NCBI GenBank assembly: GCA_040954595.2
Contig: CM082578.2
Span: 11,601,166 to 11,665,165 of the forward strand
Source: Balanoglossus misakiensis
Taxonomy: Eukaryota > Animalia > Hemichordata
Length of the DNA stretch: 64,000 bases
Direction: 5' to 3'
Positions within the stretch are counted from its first letter, which is position 1. Every line of letters begins with the position of its first letter. This document shows positions 37,810-51,800 of this stretch, piece after piece. The translations under genes were made by a program, and so were the position numbers. The notes under the pieces were generated by a model. The model saw only the letters and a list, made by a program, of their open reading frames with translations. It made no database searches and was not told where the DNA came from.

Positions 37810-39275
37810 CAAAACCGGCACCGAATGAGATTGAGAGCGAGCCACAGATGTCGCTTTATACAGATCGAGCATTCAAACAATCGGGCGGCTGGCAGAATGA
37901 TCACCGTGCATTGCGCTGAACAGATGAGACTTTCCACGATCAATAACTCAGCATATATGAAAAGATGGATTTTTTTTCAAGTAGATATTACGTCAGGTAA
38001 ACACTGTATAGAAGCCCCATCGTCGTGGCAGCACAATCCATTGTGAGATAAAAATCGTATTCTATTTATTGCTGAACACTTTCCATTCCAGTGTGCAGGC
38101 CCTGGAGAAAGGGACCATTTTATTAAGTCTCGGTCTATAAATCAGGGTGTCTACGTGTGTGTACGTCAAAGCTGGCTTCGAGGCCTTGTGTTGACTGGGA
38201 TATCGTCGTTTAGTTCAAGATATACGACAAGCGTAGCAGGTAGAAAACACTCGACCTTACATATCCCTTAAGACTTGCAAAGTGCCGACACGTCTGGACC
38301 GTTTCGAGTTGCGGTTTGTCTAATTTCCAACACGCCAAACGCAGTCCTGTGGTCGCATAGGAAAACCTATATACCCGAGGAAACGTCATACTATACCACT
38401 CCTAGGGGATTTCTCGCTCATTTATTCAGTTCCCGGTGTCCTGCTTTCGTAATGCGGCTGTTTGGGGCGAGGGACTGCGGTTGTTTTAAAACGCCGCTTA
38501 TTGCTTTACGCCATGCGAATGCGACGGAAACGAAACGTCAGCGCACATTCACCGGACATTAGGGATATTGAAGCGCTGAGCAATATCTCGGTTTACAACC
38601 CGTATTGCCATAAAAGCGCAAGACGCTATATATACGCATTGGTTTATATTAGATTATTGGCTTTATTCTACACCGTAATAGGCATCATTCTTCGACTTAC
38701 GATGACGATAAGCGCAGAGCTCAACTGAAAGTTTACTGCCTCGAGCAAGATGCGCACGTTCCCAGAAAGACTCATTTCTTTTCCTGTAGTCGCAATGAAG
38801 TCATTAACAATCGAATGCGTATAAGCATCAATGGCGTTGTCAGAGCACGTTTAATGAATATGTATAAAGTGTCCCATTCATATGTCTCGTGGAGTCTCGT
38901 TTCTCACTCACGTACAGTTGGGTCATGTCCCCATAATACCAACTGTATACATATTAATTTGTGGCTTCTATTGAGGTCAGGCTAAGACACCGCAGACACG
39001 AGACGCCGGCTATACGAAATGAAAATTATTGTTGGAAGCGCCAATTGAACGCTCGCCGAGCAAATTATGGTTGTAAAAGCCACTCCGCTTGCTGCATCAA
39101 ACTGATTCTGTTTTAACTCGCAGGGTATGTGTAAAGCTAGCGTTTCGTGTCGATTTCATCAAAGTAGTCAATTCCACTGATGCAGCGCTGGGAACCCTTT
39201 GAGGATGCGCTGATGCATGTGTGTTATTATCGCGTTCTAATACACTATCGTCACGGAACAAAAGAAAATATGGTC

Positions 39276-39870
39276 TTTTGCGACGATTCCCTGTGGCAGA
39301 ACACATCACCCACGAGGATATAACCTTATTTGTTTTGTGGAAACCGTTCGCGCTCCTGCCGAAGATATGTCGTTGTTCATATGCACAGTCTATACCCCTG
39401 GAAACGGAACAAGACTGCATTTCCTAATCAGAAAAGGTACAATGTAGTGCATCGCGAACTGGTTGATCTGCAGACAAGCTGAGAGCCTTCGCAACCTTTC
39501 CGATGATGAATGGTTTCCGCCACTGTGCGAGGGGCGTCCAACTTCGCAGGTTCAGGCGATCCTGTCTGTCAAGAGGTTACCCCTCGAATTACAGCTATGG
39601 GAAAGATTATGTCTGCAGATGGTTTTCGGATATTTATTCGATTAGAACTGTCACCCGTGTATCGAGTTATTGTCTTTTCAGTGACGTATTGCTTGGCCCT
39701 TCGGAATTAACCTGTCGTTGGATGGTTTTGCGCAATTTCAAAGTTCGAGCTTGATCCGTGCACGCACCTGCTGTGTTTTAATGCAGGGATACGAATGTGA
39801 ATCCCTTTCTGACTTTTATGATTCGATTTTTTACTTTCATCGGCACCTTAGAGCTACATTTTATGAGCAC
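39276..39870 (+). pseudogene. Possible decayed tandem CUB-domain coding sequence
   Basis: Motifs in CUB order across stops and frameshifts: FCDDSL..*PYLFCGN (39276-39344); TPGNGTRLHF (~39394-39423); then HCARG..LSRGYPSNYSYGKDYVCRW..LFSDVLLGPSELTCRW (ORF 39503-39754); then DG..SSLI..C and GTLELHFMS in other frames. Compare CUB consensus CGG..SP.YP..Y....C.W..L.F.DF.LE..C.YD..DG..FCG..S.GN.L.V.F.SD. Confidence 0.45.
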
Positions 39871-42800
39871 TGTCACACACTAAACGCTTAACCTATTACT
39901 GATTTGTTCAATGTTAACTTCAAATTCATGTACGTGTTTTCCTTCAGCAGGAGTAATTTTCTTTTTAACGACTAAGAGTGCGTATAGGCTTAAGTTATTA
40001 AAAGGCTGCTTTCGAACCGTTTCTGTAATCCCACAAGAGAATCTGGCAGTATTCGTGTACCTTTAACACTACGCTAGTTTTAGAAATCGCCTCGTCAACG
40101 GCACGGACGCACGGGAGAAAGCATCGCGGCCCAAGAAATTCCATAAATAGCTCGTCGTAGAGGGGGACGCTCGAAGTGAAACGACAAAAATAAATCACAT
40201 GGCCACACAACCCACCGCGTGCGTCAGCGAAGCGTCGGCAAGAGCGTTGCTATAGTTACAAAGGTCCCCAAAGCGAGCGACGTGTTTGTTTTTCCGTTTC
40301 ACGGATCACTGACAGGCACTTACCTGTGAAATCGTCCGGTGACAGCCAAGAGCGAACACGTCCTCAATACAACCATGCAGGCATGTGACAAAACTAACAC
40401 GACGCAGGGTTACAACGACGAAGTACGTACAGAAATCATGACTTGGAGAATATATATGTATAAACTAAATTTCTTGCGACAGAACAGTATATAGAATTAT
40501 ATGATATATAGAATTTATATAAATGCACTGTCGCGCTCTCCCGCACACTGCATTGAGTACCATAGGGACATACAGCTTGTCTTCAAAATTAAGAGGAACA
40601 TGTACAACGTTACAGCAATTTTTGTTGTTGACATGATAAATTGAGCTTTCGTAAGGAATTGTCACACCTGTATATCATTACACTGATTTCCAAGGTTTAG
40701 TCACACACCTCTGACCTTAGGCAAACCTCGGAGAGGTTCACCTCCTTTGCATATAGCAGAAGGAAGAAATCGGATTCAAAGTAATTACAACAAGGTCGAA
40801 AGGTCCTCTTCCCCGATGCTCTTTCCAATTACCATTTCGTTCAGCTTGTTGGTGCATTTAATTCTCTGTAAGATGGATGGAACACTCCCACTTAACAGGA
40901 ATTAACGGTTGCGGACATCGCCCGGAATTCTCCTCAGTTGTCCATTACAATGAGCCGAGGTGACGGTTGTCGCAGCTGTCATGTTACCTTAGTCGCGTAA
41001 AACTAAACACGCTCCGTTCCCCGTGACTAATTATTGTTCATTTTAGGTCAGTATCGACACGTTTTCGTCACCATTGGCTGATGATGTCTCGCGTTGATAT
41101 GTTCTCATGTGTTGTGTCTGTTTTACACTTTCTCTGACCATCAGTGGGGTATTAAACACTGAAGAGTCAGATTCATGTAATTCTACCCTGTAACGTGTTT
41201 GTTGAGGTCGCTCGAAAGCTTCGAATCCGATTAATATAAAGTAAGGTATATTCGTCTCAGATACAACTTATATGTAATCTGTGTCATTGTCCACCGTTCA
41301 CGCATCTTGCTCGCAAATCCTCGGCCGTATCGCGATTAAAATGTGAGCTCATCTTGAGTGGTGGGTCACTGCGCTCGCGGAAGAGGTTGAAAAATTAATG
41401 GAAACCCACTCTACGCGAGAAGGCCCAACAAATTATTCTGCCTGACTGCCAAAGATGCGCCGTACGCCTCAAAGCCCACGAGGCATGAATGATATAGATC
41501 ACCTGGACAAAGATAACGCCACGAGCCGCCGTGTTTACACTAATAATGAATAGATCTTTATCAGGAGATTTTTATGGACAGCCGATAAAACATGAAGCTT
41601 CACTGATTTTTCGATTTAAACCGTAAAAAATGGTGTACCTATAGGTATACGTTTTATCAGTCACGTCAGCAATTCATTCGTGTAAGTCACTTATTTAATT
41701 TCTCAACGCTCAGAATGATTCCCATCGATTAACTAGGCATAGGCAAGAACTGTTCAGGAGGGGGGGGTGGTGGCAAAAACTCGAGATTCGCAGAGATTAG
41801 AACAAGGGTACTTAACAAACGAACACAGAAACGAAAACGGATCGACACTAGCGAAACAGAATATCGTCGATATTTACGCCGGAGTTTTCGCTGATCATCT
41901 CGCACGCATGTTTGAGTGATAGTCTGTGTTATTTCATTTTACTCTTCAAAATCCGGGGAGAAAACGTCATGTGTTCTGCCACGCCTTCATCACAACCCAA
42001 TGAAAATACACCAAGTGGCATTGATTGAACGAACTGCTGTTTACTTTTCCGATATCATTTCAATTGACTTGGGTGATGATGATGTGCCCCTGAATACATT
42101 TAGCACTGTGCATTAGAAGGTGTGTGTCGGATTCCGCGTAATTAAAATTTTAAAATGTCACTGGAGTTGATTACCATTAAGATAAGGAGATTAGATACAT
42201 TAGCATACTCTGATCGATACGATTGGGCAAACACGACCGAATTCCTGAACTGTATGATAAAAAGTGTTTTGGGAGAACTTATAACGTCTTATTAGGACAA
42301 TTACTCATCTCTTGCTGCAGGTGTGCCGAGGAGTAGAGGTTTTCCCATCGGGCTTACCATACATACACATATCTTTTTTTGAAACGATGCGGCCTACACC
42401 ACGCGGTAACTGGGTTGTTGTTTGGTAACCCACCAACCACACGGCGAAGTCGCGAATCTACCTCGCGTTCTACGCCACAGTGCGCTGCTTCATGCCGTGT
42501 GCAAAGAAATCTCGCCGCAACTACTCGGACTTTCCGCGGCAGTTGTGAAGTATTTTTTCCTGCCTGATACGAGTTGATGATCCATAGCAATGAGTCGGTC
42601 GTGACTAAAATCTGGAGTTCAGTTGGATTATGTCAAGGAATGCCTACCCCTCCCTCCGGCAACGGTGGGGGAGGGGGGAAAGGGCATGCTCCATGACAAT
42701 GGAATCAATGCGCGACATCGTGCAATTCAGCGAAATTGCACTTTTTTGCCGCGTGTGTACTCAGCATCCAAACGCTGTGAAGATCCAGCCTGCAGGCTAC

Positions 42801-45800
42801 AATGCATTCCAAAACCAATAAGAGAAGTACAGAAACAGCACAGATAATTTTCCCGATTTTTCAAATGCATTTCCACAATCTTACGTCTGCCTGTTCTTAT
42901 GCACGTTCCTATATACACGGTGGTTTTACCAGAGCGAAAACCCATTAAATTTAATTGAAAGAGTTATTACAAATATGGAGTAGACTTCGCAAAATACCTA
43001 ATAGAAGCTTAGTGAGTCTAGTATCTGCATCTTGCCAAACACAAGTGATATAGCGCCGGCTTGGAATATTTGTTAAAGTAGGATTGTGCATGTTTTTCCC
43101 TTGTATTACTCGACTATTGAGATCGTCTCTACCTCTAATGCAAACCTTTTCCTTACGCATGCCCGTAAGTCGTATATGTAATTAAATATTCATGGTCGAA
43201 AACATGAGGTTGTGTCTATTATATTATTCTCTTCAAAGACTGGGCAAATGAACCTCTGAGATTAGTGTATATTGGGGGCTTAATTCCTTGAGCGTGTTGT
43301 TATAATTAAAAATGTGCCTCCAGGCTAAGTCTATTCCATGCTCCAATATGACCAAAAATGTAATTATAGGTGTTCAGGAATGTCCTTCACGACTGTCGAC
43401 GGTATCGTCATTGCGAAAATGCAATCTGCGGTTGCTGAAAGCATTAAGTGGCTGGGATGATATTTTGGAAAATCGTCAAGCAACTAAAACCGGAGAGTTG
43501 AGGGGGCTTTGTCAGTTCTGGGTTGGAACTAAGTTTCCTTAAATTTGCCATTCTATTGAAATTGGAATCGCGCATCATTCGTGTGGTTATTTCACTCTGT
43601 AGATTAAAACCTGAATTGTTGATTAAACATCCGCACTTTACATCTTGTTTGAAAACAATAACTCCACCGAGCTTTAATAAAGAAGCGAACGTACTTCAAT
43701 TACCTTGAATTATTTTTGACAATCCACCCAGAGAACAAATTTTGTCTTTAAACTTATCAACTGAAAAAAACTCAATATAGGCCCATATATGAGCATGTCG
43801 CATTTGCTAGGCGTACTGAGGCGAGTGTAACTACACAGTAAGTGCGGCTTTGTTAATCATTTCTCTACATTGATTCAGCAACGCGCAGAATCGGTCAAAT
43901 GGTACAAAACATGCCATAACTTCGAACATATGCAGTGAATGTTGTGCAAGCATGGCTGGAGACATTTTTCAGACATTTCAACACATCAGTCATGCATGTC
44001 AAGCTGTCGCGAAACCCCCAGACAGCCAGGTAACAACGATGGAACGTGTCGACTTTTATCAACGGGTTATTGTGAAAGACGTTGGAATGTAATTGCCCAT
44101 CTTACATCTATGCGGCAATCAATCCCCGTGCTGACGTGTGCGAATTTTCAATTTCGTGACCAGCGCTGGCGACAATCGTGCAAAGCAGTCGTCATTTCTC
44201 TCGCTCTTGTTGAGCCAAAGCAAGCAAGAAATCTTGATCCCTTTCTTGTATATCTGCGCAACTTTTATTATTCATTCGACAGAAAGCAATCATGTGCGAA
44301 AGTGAAATATAAAACTTGACCCTCGCGATAAGATAGCCCACGATTCAAGTAAGAAAACTCGAGCAAATTTGATTTATAACTTCAGATCGTTTTCGGTTTC
44401 GTCTTGAAGTCGCGTCCTTTGCCATTTGCAGCAAACACCGTGGCAGAGAGAAATCAGCGAAGGCAAATTGATTGAGACATACACGTTGGGCAAGGTATTA
44501 ATGCCTCTGTCGAGTCATTAAATCTTCATTATCTTCATGATGGGGACAAGATTACACATTGAAGATGTAAAGTATAACTTTGACTGTGTACGGAATGGGG
44601 AGGTTGAAGCATCCACACGCAAAGATTTCACCAGGAAAAATACCCGACCTCGCTGCGCTGCGCTGAATCACTGCCTGTACATGTTATGTACCTTACACAC
44701 TCACCGAGAAGTTGCATTCAAGTCAGAGTACGTGAGTTGTACGTTACGTCAATTCAAATCAGGGTTCGCTAATGATGACCAATGCGTTTCCGGCTGTGGG
44801 ATCTTGCGACATTGGGCAAATGTTCGGTTGTTATTTATTTGTTTCAATTGCGTAAGCTAGGTCAGGTAAAATGCATTGGTCTAAGCTAACTAATGTCAGC
44901 TCTCAGCTAACTAATGCCATGTGTCCCTTTAGGTCTATTTCTGTCGCACATTTTCCAATTAAGATAAAAAAAATCATTTCAACCCTGGTATTATTAACTG
45001 GATATGAATTACGTTCACAGTGGGTGATTCTTAATTAATCGGGAAGTGAATTGATATACTACCCAATAATGAATGCAAAAATATAAAAGTGTTAATCAGA
45101 CACGTGCAGTTGTAACGTATTGGTGTGAAAGTCTTCATTTGGCGTTCTACTTGGCTTCTTTTATCATCCCCCATACTTATCAGCGCACGTTCTGACGTCA
45201 TACAAAACGTGTATCTGCCACAGCATATATATCCGGCGGACTCGGATGTGACAGAAAGATCATATAGCAACTCATTAGCAAGCAACTAACTCAAATACTT
45301 GGGTGCGGACGTTTTCTAGTATAATGTTACATGTAGATGCATGTGGTCCGTGTGTGTAAACGTTAATCAAGTCTTTAGTTTTTATCTGTGTATTTTAAGA
45401 ATCAAGAAGAAGACCCATTTAAAATATGATCATCCGGACAAATTTAATAACGTTATCAACATATCAGGTACACATATAAGCAAAGGATTTGGATTTGAGG
45501 AACGTTTTTGATGTCAAATGAAATTATTGTACGTATCGTATACTTAGATATTACACAGAAAAACTTGCTGGACTAACACTGACCATGCAATACCATTCTC
45601 ATCTGGGACTAGAATATTCAGAGATCTCTTCAAAAAGGTGGCGTCAAGTATGTTTAACACAATTTTATTTTATCTGTAAAGTATACACAATAATAGCAAT
45701 TAATAAAGCACCAATTTAATTTGCAAGTCCCGTGATGTATATCTGTATGGCAAAATGAGGTAATCTATCCTTCAGGGACCTTCCATCGTTATTTGAGTGT

Positions 45801-48800
45801 AGGTCATTAATCTTTGCTTACCGACACACCGTTGACGTCACTTTATCACGACATCAGTGGGACAAATTTGGTTTACCGCCAGAGATAGACATCGGTAATG
45901 GCGCCGAAGACACGCATGGGCGTGGCTGAGCAAGTAACCCGGATCAGGAAAACCCTCACATCGGGGATTGTCAGCACTCATTTGCATGGCTCTGATCATT
46001 GACACCGATGATACGGTCGCTCAAGTCGCTCACCCTTTCAAATGACACCGTTGAGTAGTGCGCATGCTCGTACTCAAACGGAGTCTCTGCTGATGATGTC
46101 TCGCAAACTTGTTTTTACCCAAACGGGTCGAGAGGTGCGTTCATCTTTTGAAGGAGTATGATTATTATACAACCTTATTTCACTTTTGCCCTCCAACTGG
46201 CCTATTTTTACATCATAAGCACTTAGTAATCGAATATTCAACCATTACTACCAGTGAACAAAATATCCAGCTGTTACATCATGAAGTGAGATAACAGTCA
46301 CCCAATCAGATCAATCCTCTCTTCAACCAATTAGATTTTGCGTTTCTGTGAATTGAGGATTCCCTTTGCCCGCCCCCTTGCGCTGTGCTCATTTGAGAGG
46401 GGACCGGCCAAGTAAAGTTGTAATTTTGGGTGGCGCTATATTGTAACGGGAATGGGATTGGAGTCCTATACCACGAAAGTAGTTTTAAAAGTGCCGTTCA
46501 ATTAGATTCTCGTTAATGATGAAGATAAATGCAGAAGAAAGTTACATAAAGTAAAACGTTTCCGCCAAAACACGCCGGATCGCCGCGATATTGCAGCCAT
46601 CAATTTGGAAGATTAATACTAAACTGTAACTAAGGTCAACGGTTATTTTTTATTACCCCAAACTTATTTCCTCCTGGTGAAGTAACCTAATGAAATAAGT
46701 TGGCGGAAAGCGATAATTGCGGTCAAACTCAGAGTAAACGAAGTGAATAACTTTTGGTGGTCGCCCGGTTCGTTGTCGTGGTTTTTGTGATAAGACGCAG
46801 ACGAAAAAAGATTGAGTTCTAGACGTTCTAATATGTCAGTATTGAAAAATAATGACAATTCGTGGACGTGCAACGCACATTGTCGTCTTTCGGCGAAACG
46901 GTAGAAATTTTATATCCGTTCTGTATTAGGACCAAACGATGAAGTCACCCGACGTTGCTGTTTGAAACCTTTGGTAAACATCGTCACGGTGATTATCTAC
47001 GAGATGGTGGCACGTCAGTCTCGCGGTAAAGTGCGTCATATATTTGCTGCCGGCATGTTGCTGGTGTTTCTTACCGCTTCAAAAGTTCTTAAGGGATGCT
47101 ATCCGCCGCACTGCTTGCCATGCCTCGGCGGCGCATCTTATATATGTCTCGGGGAAAGTGCCCTAAATCACGGCGCGCTGATTTACCGCCGCATGCATGT
47201 CGGGAGTTCGAACTTCCGGGCTGAAATAAATTTCCACTTTATTTTCTCGTAAAACCCAATGAATCGTGCTAATGAAGAGAACACACTTCTTCTCGGAGCA
47301 CGGATTTTATCCATAAAGTGATGCATGGCCTGATTATGTATCCGGAATCGTTGTCTTAATGAACGGTTCGATATCAAGCTTGACCGCCATGGGTGTGCGG
47401 TCTTGCTGCCAGTCAATACTCAGATTTATTCGAGGATAAAACGAGAGCATCATTTCTCGTAAAGTGTTTATGGATGGGGTAATTTTCCCCACTGTATTGC
47501 ACCTCCCACAATTTATTACTGCGGCCAGGACATTTTTGCTTATCCGCATTTGCGTGTAACATCCGCGACAGGAATGCACTGACCTTGTAGGCACTACTTT
47601 CTTGAGGTCGGAACGAAATCTTTTACAGCAGGAAGAAAGGGGTGATCAAGCCCACAACAGAAAGGCGAAAATGGTTGCTTTGCATATCACAAGAGGTATA
47701 AACCTTGCTTGATATCCCCTGTGATGTTTATACACGCGCCCGTTTCCTTTGCTACAGAAGATGCATATAAAAATATGAAATAGGGTGTGCGGACTGTGAA
47801 TAGAAAAGCGACACCACAAAAATCACTCCCCACAGAAATTGCTTCTCACAGATCAAGACGCTCACAGCCAATTAAGATACGTGCTGACGGTGGGAGACGT
47901 CGGAAGGTCGACACCATGCATCACACACACGACTTTTCCCACCTTTGCCGGCAATGTCGTTCCCTAATCGTTAACGGGTGGCAAGGTGAGTCGAGGTTCG
48001 GCTGACGGTGACACTTCTAATGACTCTTCACTTTGATTAAATAGTACGGTTATCAAGGGCAACACGGGCCCAGATAACGGTGCATGACGAGCAACGTTTG
48101 TCGAAGACTGCACGTATAGTACCAGATCGCATTACCTTTGTTCATTTTACGACGCAGTTTGTCGAAGGTATAAATGAAGCCGGAGCTTTTCAACTTCAAC
48201 CGGCACACCGTCGCGCTTAATATCAGTTTATTTTAAGGCAAGGTGTAATTGTCTAAGATAAAACGAGACCATTAACAGCGCGTTTCCCCATTGTGCGACA
48301 TTTCATTAAATTTAACGGTGGCAAAGTATAACTTTACGCCCCCAAACTTGTAAATGGGAATAGTACCCGTATGTATCCTTATAAAAAAACAAGAACTACA
48401 TAAATACAAGTCACTCGGCGAAAACACAACTTGACACAAATCAGGTTTCATATTCTCAGGATATGTCTTTAGAAACAGCACTGAGAAGTGGCGATTAGCA
48501 TCGGAGAGGTCCATTATTGCATTTTAACAAATTTCCTCCCAGTGTACTTCATCTCATACTAAAATTGACAACGGTACGTAAACCGCAATAAAAAGAGAAA
48601 TGCATTTGAAGATTCGATGGTCACATTACATGGTGAAAGTGCAGTTAACCGGTATATACGTATAATTGCAGAATTGATGGCGCGTGCTGAAAAAGCTTTT
48701 TTTCTGATCTAACACATAACAACAGATTATAGTCATTATGTATAGGATGTAGAGAAACGGAAAAGCAGTCGTTAATTTGAACATTTTGCTCGCCCGTTGT

Positions 48801-51800
48801 ACTCTTTCAATTCGATCAAACATTTAATTGTTTAAGAGCCCTAGCGTCATCTCTCTTCGCAGTGAAATAATTCAAATATATACCCTCTGATGGTTTTGGG
48901 CCACTCCCTTTTCGGAAAAAAAGCTTATTTAATTTTTTTTGAATTTCTATCTCCGTGTAGCTAAAACGATGCTTCGTTTTGGAAAAATGGTGTTGTTTAG
49001 ATAAATTTTCTGTCACGTGATGATCACACGATGACATCTAAGAGTACCGGCACGGTTGTCAATCAATCAATCATTTATTGCCAATAACGTAAAAAATACA
49101 CATGGTTTACACAAAATATGATGCTGGCTATTTTCGAGTTATCGCGGGCACATTGATTCAGTATGCTAACGTCAGGCATCATGAACTCTACAGGTGAAGC
49201 GTCAACGACTACAAAAGAAACGCCTCTCCACAACAAGTGATTTGGGTGGCTGTTCATTCTCGATCACGTATTCTTGAATGGAGATGAATATTGAGAGGAC
49301 GGAAATGAACAAATCCACGGCAGAAGAAATCGTTTGACAAAGATTAAACCTTGAAATGGGTACCCGCGTTGACGTCAGAACCCCTATGAATGAAAATTCC
49401 TCCCTTTTTCGCATTCCGCCTTTGATTTAATTGCAGTAGCTTTCTGTGATATTATTCAGAGATGCGGTGACCATGCAACCAAGAAACGGCTGTGCGCATG
49501 TGCAGACTAAACGGTACCATATTATGTGACGTAAAGCAGCTATCTTTATCTGCCTAATTTGCTTATATAATGTACATGTATATAAAAACTCTGAATAAAC
49601 AAACACCTGTGTTTTGAGACTGGCTTCATCTCAGTGAAATTAATAGGAGATTTCGGTGGATAGATTATTATTTTGGGTCCAAACCGCATCCATGTATCGC
49701 CAGCAAATAAATTAATCTGCTCTCCTCCATTGAATTCAATCTCACCCTTACCCTGATTTACCTATTCATAAGTCCTCATTTGATGGAAATATATATCAAA
49801 TGTGCTGATTTATCACTGGGTATAAATATGAGGTGAAGCTAGCACTGGCAATTAAGTGCGTGACAGTGCATTATTCACATCATATGCCACGCGAACCGCG
49901 GAAGATTTGGGAGCCCTTTCCGAATTAACAGCTATGTGATTTAGGGAAAGTATAACTGCGATATTTTGCCAGTTTTAAGAGCTTGTTTTCTCCTGTGAAG
50001 CCCGAACTGATAGAATCGCAACCGCACCGGCCCAATTTGTTGCGACATTCACGGGCCATTTCGGTAATAAGCGGACAATGTGCGTATCATGCTTCATGAA
50101 ATGCGCCCCGCAGTATGTAATCGAATATTCCCCGACTGCCGCGAAATAAATGACCGGACACCCACGTCATCAGTGAAAGCCCCGACCTGTATGCCGCAAG
50201 ATGCATGAAGTTGGGCTCAGGTAATAACAGCCCCGCTAACCAACTCATATCCAATTCCACGACCACACAATCAGCCAGAAAACGCTGCAGAACGCTGTCC
50301 ATGTTCACATCCTGAGAGGTGCTTGATTGATTGGCTTCAAGGTGAACCTATAACAGCACCAGAAAATAAACGATGAAATCGTACCTTGGACGTCATCATG
50401 GTTACGATTATCTCTCCGTCAAGGATTGACCTCTGATCCTGACATTCAACCAGTTCGCAACCGGCAATGGAAAGAAGTACGAACAAGTATACTTTGAAAC
50501 TTGTGCACATACTTCAAACTCTGTTCGACGTACATGTAAGTTGCCAATGGGCAACGTTCGCGTCTTGATAAATTGGTCAGCTCTCTTATAAACATTGTTC
50601 ATTTTACTTGTATAGACTTTAAGACTTAAAGCTTAACAAGGCAGTCAGTGGGCGTACAATACAGAAAGTACATCGCAATGCGACTACGGCATTATCTAAG
50701 TGTAGCCAGGTAATGAGTCTGGGTTTTGACCTAAGCTTGATGCAACTTACCCATTCTATGAATATTTTAGGGATTTATAGTCGCCTCGAATATATAATTC
50801 ATTCGTTCTCCAGGCCCGTTTTGTTTGTTTGATCGTTTTCTTTGGAAGAGATTGTTATTCATTAAGTGGTCCGAGCTCGAGGGAGTCATTACTCAGAGCT
50901 CGAGAAAACGCACCATGACGGTAAGTCGAAACCAACGCCAAGATGATGATTAATGAAATACCTGAAATTGCAAATCTTCGCAAATCGCCTTCTGGCTTTT
51001 TTTTCGCATCTGTGTATAGTTGCAGGAGATGTGTAAGTCATGCCACGAAGAAGATATTGCCTGTGATTGCAGATCACTTGCGTTGTTTAGGCCTGGCACC
51101 GAAGGACGGCGAGCGCCTCGGGCGGAGTTGCTTTAACAGATATCGCCGACCAAGGACGATGTTTTGGCGATAAACAGCGCGTTGTCTTTGCGCAAAAGGA
51201 GCGAGGGACTATATCTCTCAGCGAATCCACTTGATTCGCACTGAAAGGAATTAAGGCCCGGCGACTACTTCAACGACGGAAACGCTCCGAGTAAAGTTCT
51301 TCTCTAAAGCCGAAGCGGTTCATTTCCACCCTCCTCTCTGTCACCGATACATCACTTTTCAAGACAGCGTGAGATTTAATATCGTACCATTTACATAACT
51401 TGTTCAGTACAGATGCGTTTTACTTTTTCTCGTTCACCCGAGCGCTTTAAAAAATCACTGCTGAGTATAAGCACTAGTTCAGAACAGTGTTATTCATTTG
51501 CCATATAATTTTCACCATTAAGTGAATATATTACCAAGCAAATGGCATCTTTTTGTCGCCCATAACTACCTGTACTTGTGACGTGCGTCAATTTTACCTC
51601 TGCAACGATGCAATAATTGCATTTTGCGCTGCAATTCAGATACAGCGATGCTTATTCCACGTGATGATGACATTCTGCAGATGAAACTACTTACCGCTAA
51701 GATAATTACTTCAACAACGTTCCTTTCTGCGGCGACCCGTTTCCAAGCAACGCTGTGGGTATTCAGCGTCTTGTCAGTCGACATTAGTCAGAAACACATC

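Noticed and set aside
37180-37919. 230-aa antisense ORF and alternative-frame ORFs over the GPCR
   Set aside because: Shadow ORFs caused by the GC-rich codon usage of the real gene, with no motifs.
46050-46460. NRF1-like, CCAAT and GC-box motifs suggesting a promoter
   Set aside because: Short motifs with no associated exon or ORF that I could identify, so chance cannot be excluded.
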